A DNA stretch of 64,000 nt from a virus (Duplodnaviria; Caudoviricetes). The position numbers were made by a program, and so were the translations under genes. The stretch covers positions 32,001 through 96,000 of IMG/VR virus record IMGVR_UViG_3300037067_002413. One strand, 5' to 3'. This document shows positions 29,767 to 38,349 of this stretch, piece by piece. The notes beneath the pieces were generated by a model. That model had not been told where the DNA came from. It saw only the letters and a list, made by a program, of their open reading frames with translations, and ran no database searches. Each line of letters opens with the position of its first letter. Positions within the stretch are counted from its first letter, which is position 1.

Positions 29767-29893
29767 GTACGTTGTAGCTCAGCGGTAGAGCACAAGTCAA
29801 AGAACCGCTTTCAAGTTTCTTGCCCTATGGGCCGAACTGAAAGCGTTATCAACAAGGAACTTGTGGTCGTGGGTTCGAGTCCCGCCAACGTGC
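29767..29893 (+). ncRNA. tRNA-Y RNA chimera B
   Basis: GTACGTTG/CAACGTGC acceptor; CAAGT/ACTTG anticodon stem whose loop is replaced by CGCTTTCA..TTGCCC-TAT-GGGC-C-GA..TGAAAGCG-TTATC. Confidence 0.8.
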
Positions 29894-29896
29894 TTT

Positions 29897-29993
29897 GGGT
29901 GTGAAGCTCAATTGGTTGAGCACCCGTTTTCACCATTAACTCGAAAGGGTCGAATGAAAATGGTTATCGTAGGTTCGAGTCCTATCGCACCCG
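29897..29993 (+). ncRNA. tRNA-Y RNA chimera C
   Basis: GGGTGTG/CGCACCC acceptor; anticodon arm replaced by CCGTTTTCA..ACTC-GAAA-GGGT-C-GA..TGAAAATGG; TTATC occupies the variable loop. Confidence 0.75.
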
Positions 29994-29995
29994 CT

Positions 29996-30059
29996 CCGGG
30001 CCGATGCTGATTGGTTATCACATCTTTATTGTCAAACACCAATCGCACACCTTGCCCGG
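29996..30059 (+). ncRNA. Y RNA 2 (free-standing)
   Basis: CCGGGC-C-GA-TGCTGATTGG-TTATC...CCAATCGCA-CACC-TT-GCCCGG. Confidence 0.85.
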
Positions 30060-30066
30060 CAATATA

Positions 30067-30159
30067 CTTGGACCGTGGAAGTTCGTTTATTGACGGCCAT
30101 TTCCGAAGTTGTACTTTAGAAATGGCCGCCCATAACGATTGTCCAACTTTTTGTCCAAG
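30067..30159 (+). ncRNA. Y RNA 3 (free-standing, extended internal hairpin)
   Basis: CTTGGAC-C-G-TGGA...TCCA..T-GTCCAAG; GTTTATT variant; CGGCCATTTC/GAAATGGCCG inner stem. Confidence 0.65.
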
Positions 30160-30168
30160 CCTTGGATA

Positions 30169-30245
30169 TTTGGGCCGTCGCTGAATCCGTTATCTATGTC
30201 ACTCATAATGACTCCAGTATCCCGGACCAGCACCTTTTGCCTGAG
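30169..30245 (+). ncRNA. Y RNA 4 (free-standing)
   Basis: TTTGGGC-C-G..GCTG..TCCG-TTATC...CGGA-C-CAGC-ACCTTTT-GCCTGAG. Confidence 0.75.
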
Positions 30246-30257
30246 TCATTGAATGTG

Positions 30258-30314
30258 TGGGCCGACGTTCGTGGGTTATCAGGCATAAGACACCCACGGC
30301 AATTTTCTAGCCTA
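30258..30314 (+). ncRNA. Y RNA 5 (free-standing)
   Basis: TGGGC-C-GA..TCGTGGG-TTATC...CCCACGG...GCCTA; ends just before the Ro60 RBS. Confidence 0.7.
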
Positions 30315-30329
30315 ACCTTTGGAGAAAAC

Positions 30330-31928
30330 ATGAAGACTTTAGCCAAGCACGTTTCAGTTCGGATTACTCCGCAGACTCGACCGATTCCTGGAAAGAATCA
30401 AGAGCAGAACAACGCAGGTGGGTATACGTTCGTTCTGGATTGTTGGGGACGACTTCAACGGTTTTTGATTCTCGGTTCCGAGGGCGGGACGTATTATGTC
30501 GGCGAACAAAAGTTGACGGAACAAAATGCGTCCGCCGTTGCTGAATGTGGTGAAGAAGACGCGGCCAAAGCCGTGGAGATGATCGCCTCGATCAGCGAAT
30601 CGGGCCGTGCTCCAAAGAATGATTCTGCTATTTTCGCCCTGGCACTTTTGGCGAGTCAGGCGGACGATACTGTTCGACGACTGGCATTGGCTGCGTTGCC
30701 GCGTGTTTGCCGCACGGCTACCCATTTGTTCCAATTCGTTGCGAACTGCAAGGAACTGCGCGGTTGGGGCCGTGGATTGCGTGAGGCGGTCGCCGGCTGG
30801 TACAACGAGAAGCCGGTTGACAAACTCGCCTATCAGGTGACGAAATACAGGAACCGTGCCGGCTACACGCATCGGGATATTCTCCGGCTTAGTCATCCGA
30901 AGACGGGCGATTACGAACGAAACAATCTATACCGTTGGATTACGAAGGGGACTCTCCCAGACGAAATCACGGTTGCGTTTAATCCGTTGGCTTTGATTTT
31001 TGGCTTGGAAGCAGCAAATGCTCTTTTGCCTACCGACGTGAAGGGGATGATCGGACTGATCGAACTTTACGGGTTGACTTTGGAGCATGTGCCCAATCAT
31101 TTCCTTAGCAGCCCGGCTGTATGGGAAGCCTTGCTTCCGAATCTGCCGCCCACGGCAATGATCCGAAATCTGGGTAAGATGACCAGCGTCGGCCTTCTGA
31201 AACCACTATCGGTATCTGCGAATATGGTTTGCAACGTGCTGACCAATCCCGATCGCCTTCGTGGTGCTCGCGTGCATCCACTATCCGTCTTGATTGCCAC
31301 CGACACATACAGTCAAGGCCACGGCGTCAAGGGGTCGCTGACATGGCAGCCGGTGGGACAAATCAGGGACGCCCTTGAGGAAGCATTTTATTCTGCCTTT
31401 GACGCCGTGGAGTTGACGGGTAAACGACATTTGTTGAGTCTGGATGTGTCCGGTTCGATGGGCTGGTCGTTACTTGCCAACACTAGATTGAGTGCTGCCA
31501 AGGCCGCCGCTTGCATGGCGATGGTTACGCATCGACTTGAGCCGCAAACTCATGTGATGGGTTTCTCCAACGATCTGGTTCCGATCGACATTTCCAAGAA
31601 GGAACGTCTCGATGCCTTGGTAACCAAGATTGGTCGTATTCCGATGGGCGGAACTGATTGTAGTCTGCCCATGCTCTACGCGGCTCAACAGAAGTTGGAC
31701 GTGGATGCCTTTGTGGTATACACGGATAACGAGACTTGGGGTGGGAAGATTCACCCCATTCAAGCTCTCAAGATTTACCGTCAAGCGAGCGGCATCAACG
31801 CCAAGTTGATTGTCGTCGGAATGACCGCCAGCCAGTTCACGATCGCCGATCCTTCTGATGCCGGCATGTTGGACGTTGTTGGTTTTGACGCTTCCTGCCC
31901 AGCCGTAATGGCTGATTTCGTTCGTTGA
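30330..31928 (+). CDS. rsr: Ro60 / TROVE-vWA RNA-binding protein (Rsr)
   Basis: NNAGGYTF, RFLILGSEGGTYY, GWGRGLR, KYRNRAGYTHRDILRLSHP, vWA DVSGSM, GGTDCSLPM, YTDNETW, MLDVVGFD; ATG 30330 after GGAGA. Confidence 0.97.
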   Translation: MKTLAKHVSVRITPQTRPIPGKNQEQNNAGGYTFVLDCWGRLQRFLILGSEGGTYYVGEQKLTEQNASAVAECGEEDAAKAVEMIASISESGRAPKNDSAIFALALLASQADDTVRRLALAALPRVCRTATHLFQFVANCKELRGWGRGLREAVAGWYNEKPVDKLAYQVTKYRNRAGYTHRDILRLSHPKTGDYERNNLYRWITKGTLPDEITVAFNPLALIFGLEAANALLPTDVKGMIGLIELYGLTLEHVPNHFLSSPAVWEALLPNLPPTAMIRNLGKMTSVGLLKPLSVSANMVCNVLTNPDRLRGARVHPLSVLIATDTYSQGHGVKGSLTWQPVGQIRDALEEAFYSAFDAVELTGKRHLLSLDVSGSMGWSLLANTRLSAAKAAACMAMVTHRLEPQTHVMGFSNDLVPIDISKKERLDALVTKIGRIPMGGTDCSLPMLYAAQQKLDVDAFVVYTDNETWGGKIHPIQALKIYRQASGINAKLIVVGMTASQFTIADPSDAGMLDVVGFDASCPAVMADFVR

Positions 31929-31932
31929 TTTA

Positions 31933-32066
31933 GCGGGGCTTCGGTGTGTGCAAAAGCACTGAACCTATAACCGCACGGTTGATGACTAGGACTGCCTCAG
32001 CCAGGCTGTAACGGTAACATACGCAATGGCAATGCGAACGCCGTGCGGAATATACCGAAGCCCCGC
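31933..32066 (+). ncRNA. Unassigned structured RNA immediately downstream of Ro60
   Basis: 17-bp closing stem GCGGGGCTTCGGTGTGT / ATATACCGAAGCCCCGC; inner CCGCACGG/CCGTGCGG stem. Confidence 0.55.
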
Positions 32067-32095
32067 GTTTTCTTAGAAGGCGAGTTGCACCGCTG

Positions 32096-32494
32096 ATGTT
32101 TCAACAATATGAAAATGACTTTCAATTTCGTATTAAACTCCCAAATGGGAAATTCATCTATCGGTTGGAAGAGGATGAGGCTGATGCCGTCAAGGAAGCA
32201 ATAGCCCAGAAAAAATCAATTCCGCCACCGAAGTATCGTCGTCTATTGCCGTTTGGCGAAGGCGTCGAAGTTGTGGGCGATCGTATTTTTGCCTACTACA
32301 AAGGTGCTAATCTTGGAATGTTTCCCACGCTCAAGAAAGCCCTCAAGGCTTGGGATGGCGCGGAACGGTACGAGAGGTTTTCTTTGGAGCAGGAAGCCGA
32401 ACAGCAAGCCATTGATAAACGCTACTATTCGGATTTAACTTTTGATGAGAATGGGTACAAGATTTTCAAGCCGAGGCCAGCACCAACACCATGA
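32096..32494 (+). CDS. Hypothetical protein
   Basis: Coupled to polymerase start (ATGA). Confidence 0.6.
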   Translation: MFQQYENDFQFRIKLPNGKFIYRLEEDEADAVKEAIAQKKSIPPPKYRRLLPFGEGVEVVGDRIFAYYKGANLGMFPTLKKALKAWDGAERYERFSLEQEAEQQAIDKRYYSDLTFDENGYKIFKPRPAPTP

Positions 32495-35067
32495 GTAAAG
32501 TTTATCTTGATACAGAGACATGCGGCCTGCATTCGCAGATGGTCTTGCTCCAATATGCAGAGGAAGATGGACCAATTGTTCTGCACGAGGTTTGGCGTCG
32601 TCCAATCCACGAGACCCTGGCTATCATTGAATGGCTTTGCCAACATACGGTCGTCGGATTCAATCTGGCATTCGACTGGTTTCACATTGTAAAATGCTAC
32701 ACCACGTTTCGACTTGCCGATCCGAATTGGATTCCATGCGAACACATCGAAGAGATAGCGATGCTGGAACCCAAGGGTCAAGATGGACCTTGTGTGAAGC
32801 CAGCAAGTGCTCTTGACTTGTTGCTTCATTCCAGGAAGGGTCCATACCAAAGCCTGATGGCTCGTGAAGACATCAGGATTCGGAAAGTTCCCGCCGCACT
32901 TGCTTATGCTTTGGCACAGGAACTCGAAGGCCGCATTGAACTTGATGCCATCTACTTTGCCAAGAGTGCCGACAAGGATGCTCCGAAGTGGCAGGTATTT
33001 GATCGTCGAAATAATGACGGAACCGTGGATGCCACGTTCAAGGATGTATGCCTACGATTTAATCCGGCCGGAGGGTTGAAGTTTTTGGCTGAACATGCAA
33101 TGGGATTAAAGCCAAAATACCATTACAAGGATGTTGAACCTGATCCGACATGGCGACCTTACGAAGTTGGATATGCTCCAACCGCCCTGGCTGTCAGCAG
33201 TCCTGAAAAGAATTGGGAAGTTTGGATCGAGAAGGATGGAAAACAGAAACTTGCCGGTCGCGCGTGGCCTGCGGTCATTAGCAAATTCATCGACCACTGG
33301 GCGACTCGACCAGACGCCCGCGATTATGCCTCGGACGATATTGTCTACACGCGAGCACTCGATAAACATTTCGGTTGCCCCACACCTGGCGATGATGACT
33401 CGATTCTTGCTTGCATGGTTCCGGTGATTCGATGGCGTGGATTTACGATCAACATTGAGGGAATGAAAGAACTGTTGGAAAAAGCCAAGGCGGTAGTTGC
33501 TGCCTCGCCGGTCAACATCAATAAACCCGCCGCTGTACGATCCTACATGCTGGAGGTCATGGATGATACTGAAAGCCTAAAGATTCAGGAATCAACGAAG
33601 AAACAGAATCTTGAGAAGGCTGAAAAGTATCAAGTCAAAGCCGATGAACTGATTGACGAGGATGAAGAGGACATCGGCACCGCCGGCACCGAGAATTGGG
33701 ATGGAATTACAGTCCATGAATTCTGCCTCAAGTGCAATGGCACTGGAAAATTGGAGACTGGCACCTGTTTACGATGCGAAGGTCGTGGCTTCCTAAAGCC
33801 GGGTCAAAAACATCCAGCGTCCATTCGGGCGAAGCAATTGCTGGACGTAAAACATGCCGTGAAGGAAGTGGAACTTTATAAGAAACTAATCTTTGCCAAG
33901 AAATTTCACGCAAGTTTCAATATCGTTGGCACGTTAAGCAATCGCATGAGCGGCGGCGATGGATTGAATGCTCAAGGAATTAAGGGGTCGGATGAAGTTC
34001 GGTGCATGTTCCCCTTGGCTTGGCCGGGGTATACCTTATGCGGCGGTGACTTTGATTCATTCGAGGTTACGATTGCCGATGCAGTATACAACGATCCAGA
34101 GTTGCGAAGGACTTTGGTAACGAAGACGCCATGTTATGATTGTGGTGGAACTGGAAAATGTGCAGATAAGAAGTGCAGAAAATGTCATGGCACTGGAACG
34201 CATGAATGCAAAGAATGCGATGGCACCGGCACTGCAACGAAAAAGTTACACGCTCTGTTCGCAATGATTCTCTTCGAGTGTACCTATGAACAAGTCATGG
34301 CGGACAAGGAGAAGTACAAGAAGGGAAAGGGTGGTGTGTTCGCCGAGATTTATGGTGGCAATGAAAAGACACTTGCCCGTAACTTGAGTATTCCTGAATC
34401 CATTGCAAAGAAGGCGCACGAGGATTGGGCAAAGAAATACAAGGGAATCGGAAAGGCTCGTGAACGAACCATCAAAAGGTTTTGTTCGATGAAACAGCCG
34501 GCCGGTATTGGCTCACAAGTGATCTGGGATGAACCGGACGACTTTGTGGAAAGTTTCCTTGGATTTCGACGGTACTTCACCCTGGAGAATAAGATTTGTC
34601 GGGCGTTGTTTGATCTTGCCCGGAAACCTCCCAAGGGCTGGCGTGATAGCAAGATCAAGGTGAATCGTAGTGCATCACGAGTGCAGACCGCCGGCGGTGC
34701 CGTTGCCAGTGCTTTGTATGGTGCGGCATTTCAGATTCAGGCTGCAAACATGCGTGCGGCTGCTAACCACGAGATTCAATCTCCTGGTGGACAGATAACA
34801 AAGCATGTTCAACGGGCAATCTGGGATATTCAGCCAATTGGAGTTCACGAACTTCTGGTTGGACCTATGAACGTGCATGACGAGTTGATGTGTAGCACTC
34901 ATCCCACAGTCATTCACTTGGTTACGGCGGCAGTACGCCAAGTGGTTGAATCCTATCGAGACAAGGTTCCTTTGATCGGCATGAGTTGGTTTGAGGCAAT
35001 GGACAACTGGGCCGAGAAAAAAGACGGTGCCGAGAAGGTGAAGATTCGTGCTCCAGAAATGATGTAA
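32491..35067 (+). CDS. polA: Family A DNA polymerase with 3'-5' exonuclease and CxxCxGxG Zn-finger insertions
   Basis: DTETCG, GFNLAFD, YASDD exonuclease motifs; GTLSNRMS, DFDSFE (A), KGGVFAEIYGG (B), NVHDEL (C). Confidence 0.92.
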   Translation: MSKVYLDTETCGLHSQMVLLQYAEEDGPIVLHEVWRRPIHETLAIIEWLCQHTVVGFNLAFDWFHIVKCYTTFRLADPNWIPCEHIEEIAMLEPKGQDGPCVKPASALDLLLHSRKGPYQSLMAREDIRIRKVPAALAYALAQELEGRIELDAIYFAKSADKDAPKWQVFDRRNNDGTVDATFKDVCLRFNPAGGLKFLAEHAMGLKPKYHYKDVEPDPTWRPYEVGYAPTALAVSSPEKNWEVWIEKDGKQKLAGRAWPAVISKFIDHWATRPDARDYASDDIVYTRALDKHFGCPTPGDDDSILACMVPVIRWRGFTINIEGMKELLEKAKAVVAASPVNINKPAAVRSYMLEVMDDTESLKIQESTKKQNLEKAEKYQVKADELIDEDEEDIGTAGTENWDGITVHEFCLKCNGTGKLETGTCLRCEGRGFLKPGQKHPASIRAKQLLDVKHAVKEVELYKKLIFAKKFHASFNIVGTLSNRMSGGDGLNAQGIKGSDEVRCMFPLAWPGYTLCGGDFDSFEVTIADAVYNDPELRRTLVTKTPCYDCGGTGKCADKKCRKCHGTGTHECKECDGTGTATKKLHALFAMILFECTYEQVMADKEKYKKGKGGVFAEIYGGNEKTLARNLSIPESIAKKAHEDWAKKYKGIGKARERTIKRFCSMKQPAGIGSQVIWDEPDDFVESFLGFRRYFTLENKICRALFDLARKPPKGWRDSKIKVNRSASRVQTAGGAVASALYGAAFQIQAANMRAAANHEIQSPGGQITKHVQRAIWDIQPIGVHELLVGPMNVHDELMCSTHPTVIHLVTAAVRQVVESYRDKVPLIGMSWFEAMDNWAEKKDGAEKVKIRAPEMM

Positions 35068-35086
35068 CAGTCTGCATTGGTGACAC

Positions 35087-35497
35087 ATGACAGTCTTTAA
35101 GTTACAAGTTTGGCTTGATGCTCAAAACGCCTATGACGGCGTGCAGTCATTTAGTCCAGATTATGTTTGGACAGTAGAAAAGATTTGGCGGCATTGGTAT
35201 TGCCCGTGGCCGCGAATCGAAATCGGCGTCATTGAGAACATGCGTCCGGCTGAATTAAAGGCTGCCCGCATAGCGATTTTGTATGGACGTATTCGTCGTC
35301 GCAAACAGAAGGTTCGCGTCATGCGGGTTACAGAGATTGATGGTAAAGAGACAAAGACAGTGGTATGGGATAACGGAAAATATCTTGATACCACGATCCT
35401 TCCTTGGTATTGGCGTCTGCTCCGATGGATTTTCGTATCGAAGCCAGCCAAGAAAACTCCAGAGAAAACTCCAGAGAAGAAACCGGAGAAGAAATGA
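35087..35497 (+). CDS. Hypothetical protein with C-terminal KTPE repeats
   Basis: ORF packing; coupled to next gene. Confidence 0.55.
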   Translation: MTVFKLQVWLDAQNAYDGVQSFSPDYVWTVEKIWRHWYCPWPRIEIGVIENMRPAELKAARIAILYGRIRRRKQKVRVMRVTEIDGKETKTVVWDNGKYLDTTILPWYWRLLRWIFVSKPAKKTPEKTPEKKPEKK

Positions 35498-35688
35498 AAG
35501 TTCGGATTGAGAAGGACATTGTTATACCGGCGGGCATGATCTTGAATGATGCTCCCCGGCGAAGTGTGAGGTATGAACCCTTTGGCGAAGCCTTGATTGG
35601 TTTTGGCAAAGATCATACCGCGAGATTCACCATTGACCTTGACGCCATCAAAGCCCACCCCAGGCAGTTCAAGGTTATTGAAGAGTGA
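35494..35688 (+). CDS. Hypothetical protein
   Basis: ATG 35494 after GGAGA; ATGA/GTGA overlaps at both ends. Confidence 0.6.
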   Translation: MKVRIEKDIVIPAGMILNDAPRRSVRYEPFGEALIGFGKDHTARFTIDLDAIKAHPRQFKVIEE

Positions 35689-36104
35689 AACGAATCCGGC
35701 GACCTAAGCACGGGCCGGAATGGTATATCCAGCGCGATCTCATTTCCTATCTTAAAACAAGGAAATGGCTCGTTGAAAGAATGGTAGGAAATGCCTTTCA
35801 ATTCGGCATACCTGACCTCTATTGCCACCATCCAAAATGGGGCGGTCGCTGGATCGACGTGAAGAATCCTGGAAAGTATAGCTTCACGCGAGAACAAAAG
35901 ATTAAGTGGCCCGTGTGGGAACAGTTTGGTTGTGGCATTTGGATTCTTACCGCTGCAACGCAAGAAGAATACGACAAGTTGTTTGCGCCGCCTAACTGGC
36001 GCGAGTTCTGGAAAGAGTCTTGGGGTGACGTTCCAGATATTGATGAACTACTTGATGAAATCAACCGTTTGGAGAATGAGCGTGAAACTGCAAACTCAGA
36101 ATGA
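35685..36104 (+). CDS. VRR-NUC-like PD-(D/E)xK nuclease
   Basis: E..IQ, GIPDL, WIDVK, T.EQ. Confidence 0.75.
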   Translation: MKRIRRPKHGPEWYIQRDLISYLKTRKWLVERMVGNAFQFGIPDLYCHHPKWGGRWIDVKNPGKYSFTREQKIKWPVWEQFGCGIWILTAATQEEYDKLFAPPNWREFWKESWGDVPDIDELLDEINRLENERETANSE

Positions 36105-36570
36105 ACGATGGCAATGTGTGGTTACGGCCGTCGCAATGGTCTTGAACATCGAAGTCCAAGATTTAATCCGCCTGGTGGGTCACGACGGAAGCGAGATTGC
36201 TTTCCCTGATCTTCCTGAGCCAGAGCGGAGACTAGGACACAACATCTATGAGATGATTCGGGTAGCCGTAAACCTCGGCTATGCGGTCACTCCTATCCCG
36301 CTTCGGCCGGCAACCTATCCGGCTAACAATCCTTCGCGGGAAATAGTCATTGGTTCTGTTGAAGGAAATTGGAATGATTTCAGCGGTCAACTTCAACATT
36401 CGCGTGGCGTGATTGAATGTAGTGGTCCCTACGGATACCACGTAGTCGCCTACGATCACGGACGCATTTATGACCCTCGCGGACAAGAATTCTCATACAC
36501 GCGCGAGACCTGCGAACAAAAGAATCTTTACACCTATCGCTTGTGGCGGGTAGATCGGATTACGCCATGA
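36076..36570 (+). CDS. Papain/C39-like peptidase-fold protein
   Basis: QCVVTAVAMVL and HVVAYD...IYDP (Cys-His-Asp). Confidence 0.55.
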   Translation: MSVKLQTQNERWQCVVTAVAMVLNIEVQDLIRLVGHDGSEIAFPDLPEPERRLGHNIYEMIRVAVNLGYAVTPIPLRPATYPANNPSREIVIGSVEGNWNDFSGQLQHSRGVIECSGPYGYHVVAYDHGRIYDPRGQEFSYTRETCEQKNLYTYRLWRVDRITP

Positions 36571-37322
36571 ATCTAATGAAACCTAGCGATTCAGTTGGCC
36601 GTGGTGAACCATTTACAATAGAACAGAATGATGAAGTCTACAAGCGTTTAGTCGCTGGTGATATAAAGGCACGCGATGAAATGATGGTAGGCAATGTTGC
36701 CTTAGCGATTTACCGTGTTGAGGCTTATCTACGCGGCGCATCACAGATGTCTTATTATAGGGATGAAATGATTTCGGCCGGCATATTGGGACTTTGCAGT
36801 GCAGTCGAACGTATGCAGAAAAGGGGCATAGTTAAAAATCCGAAACCGACAGGTTGTATCACAAAGGCAATTGATAGGTATATTTCGCATTGTGCGGATG
36901 AGGCCAACACGATTGTCGTATCAAGTCGTGTTCAACAGATGGCAAGAGCGGTAGGTGAACCCATAATTCTGCCACATACGGTGTCGGAAAAGACACTGAT
37001 TAGCGTTGATGATACTTCGATTCGTGATAGGGAAGAAGTATCTGAACTCAAAGAAGAAGCGTTGGCATGTTGCAAGGATGAAGTCGAAAAAACAATTGTA
37101 ACCATGCGAGTAGATGGATATACCGATGCACAAATCGGAAAATCACTTAATCTTGTAAGACGGCGCGTCTCCCGTTTACGACAGGATATTTTTAAGCGTT
37201 TCAATGAACGCTGTCCTGAATACAAAGAAACGGAACGTGCCAAAATCAAAAGACTGACTAAAGAAACCTACGAAAAGGCTAAACGAGCGACAAAGAAATC
37301 CGTCAAGGAGACTGCCAAATGA
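36567..37322 (+). CDS. Sigma70-like factor
   Basis: GDIKARDEMMVGNVALA, DEMISAGILGLCSAVER (region 2); GYTDAQIGKSLNLVRRRVSR (region 4 HTH). Confidence 0.75.
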   Translation: MNLMKPSDSVGRGEPFTIEQNDEVYKRLVAGDIKARDEMMVGNVALAIYRVEAYLRGASQMSYYRDEMISAGILGLCSAVERMQKRGIVKNPKPTGCITKAIDRYISHCADEANTIVVSSRVQQMARAVGEPIILPHTVSEKTLISVDDTSIRDREEVSELKEEALACCKDEVEKTIVTMRVDGYTDAQIGKSLNLVRRRVSRLRQDIFKRFNERCPEYKETERAKIKRLTKETYEKAKRATKKSVKETAK

Positions 37323-37879
37323 TTGACAATGTTCTGCTAGACATAGATGGAGTTTGCAACAGATTTCATTATCATGTCTTCAATCATTTCGGACTTCCGT
37401 ACCATGACGACTCGTATTATCCAGTGGAATGCGGTTGGGATATGGTTGCCGCTGCGAATAAGTTAGCTGGGTGTAATCGGTTTACGACAACCAGTTTTTG
37501 GAAGTCGATTACGCGAGAGGTTTGGGCGACCGCTCCGGTATCCGAGGAATTCGATCTGTTACTCGAATGGTCTAAAGATCAAGTGGGACAGGAACATATC
37601 TTCTTTCTGACCAGTCCGACTCTTGATGCCGATAGTGTCGCCGGGAAACTCGAATGGATTCAACGATGTGCCCCAAAATGGATGCACCGTCAGTACATGA
37701 TTGGCCCGCCGAAGCATTTACTTGCTAGATCGAATGCGTTGCTTTTTGACGACAGCGACAAGAACGTGAAGGCATTTAAGGAACATGACGGCGAGAGCGT
37801 CTTGATTCCTAGACCGTGGAATTCAATGCACGGTAAAAACGTAATTGAATATCTCGAAGAAGTTTTACCTTGGTTCTAA
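37319..37879 (+). CDS. HAD 5'(3')-deoxyribonucleotidase-like protein 1
   Basis: DIDGV, LTSP, K.EW, LFDD, RPWN. Confidence 0.85.
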   Translation: MIDNVLLDIDGVCNRFHYHVFNHFGLPYHDDSYYPVECGWDMVAAANKLAGCNRFTTTSFWKSITREVWATAPVSEEFDLLLEWSKDQVGQEHIFFLTSPTLDADSVAGKLEWIQRCAPKWMHRQYMIGPPKHLLARSNALLFDDSDKNVKAFKEHDGESVLIPRPWNSMHGKNVIEYLEEVLPWF

Positions 37880-37900
37880 CTTAATTCATAAGGTCTAAAA

Positions 37901-38155
37901 ATGACAAAGAAAAATTCTCCGTTGGTTTTGACAAAAGCGATTCGTGATCGTTTCACAAAGAGTGCAGAGTCTAAGGCTTTGCGAGATGAAATAGCTCTGG
38001 CTCGTTTTGCCTTGGAGTCTCTCGTGAACACAGCGGACAATGGGCACAATTTGTATATGAGGGCATCTGCCATTGACAGTTTGCTCAACACCATCCTAAG
38101 ACTCGTTGAAGCAAACGCTCGAATTGAGAGTCGGCAATTCCTCACAAAGAAATAA
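37901..38155 (+). CDS. Hypothetical protein
   Basis: AAGG RBS; helical. Confidence 0.55.
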   Translation: MTKKNSPLVLTKAIRDRFTKSAESKALRDEIALARFALESLVNTADNGHNLYMRASAIDSLLNTILRLVEANARIESRQFLTKK

Positions 38156-38157
38156 TC

Positions 38158-38331
38158 ATGCCAATTCAACGAACGACGAAGAATGGAAAGCCGGCGTATC
38201 AATATGGTTCCGAAGGAGCCAAGTATGCCTACATTCCTGGAAACCCGGCAAGCCGCAAGGCTGCCAAAGCGAAGGCTATTAAGCAGGCCCTTGCGATACA
38301 GAATCGCTCTGGACAACCTGCACATTTTTAA
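38158..38331 (+). CDS. Small basic phage protein (57 aa, MPIQRTTKNGKPAYQYG...); absent from ORF track
   Basis: Open frame filling the gap; GK..Y.YG..GAKY...KA.KQALAI pattern. Confidence 0.65.
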   Translation: MPIQRTTKNGKPAYQYGSEGAKYAYIPGNPASRKAAKAKAIKQALAIQNRSGQPAHF

Positions 38332-38349
38332 CCCATAGGAGTGCTAAAC

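Noticed and set aside
29693-29825. Reading the array as classical YrlA units spanning adjacent tRNA halves
   Set aside because: The 3' acceptor strand of one unit does not pair with the 5' strand of the next, whereas each pairs fully within its own unit
29665-29858. Group I or archaeal-type introns in the tRNAs
   Set aside because: The inserts are only about 50-60 nt, lack group I core elements or a clear bulge-helix-bulge, and match the Y motif of the neighbouring free units
29570-30314. CRISPR array
   Set aside because: No identical direct repeats with regular spacers and no cas operon; the similarity is structural
30162-30329. N-terminal extension of Ro60 in the ORF track (TTG 30162)
   Set aside because: It overlaps Y RNAs 4 and 5; the GGAGA RBS and the conserved N-terminus point to ATG 30330
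31971-32048. Hammerhead ribozyme
   Set aside because: It has TTGATGA and CGAAC rather than CTGANGA and GAAA, and no three-stem core could be built
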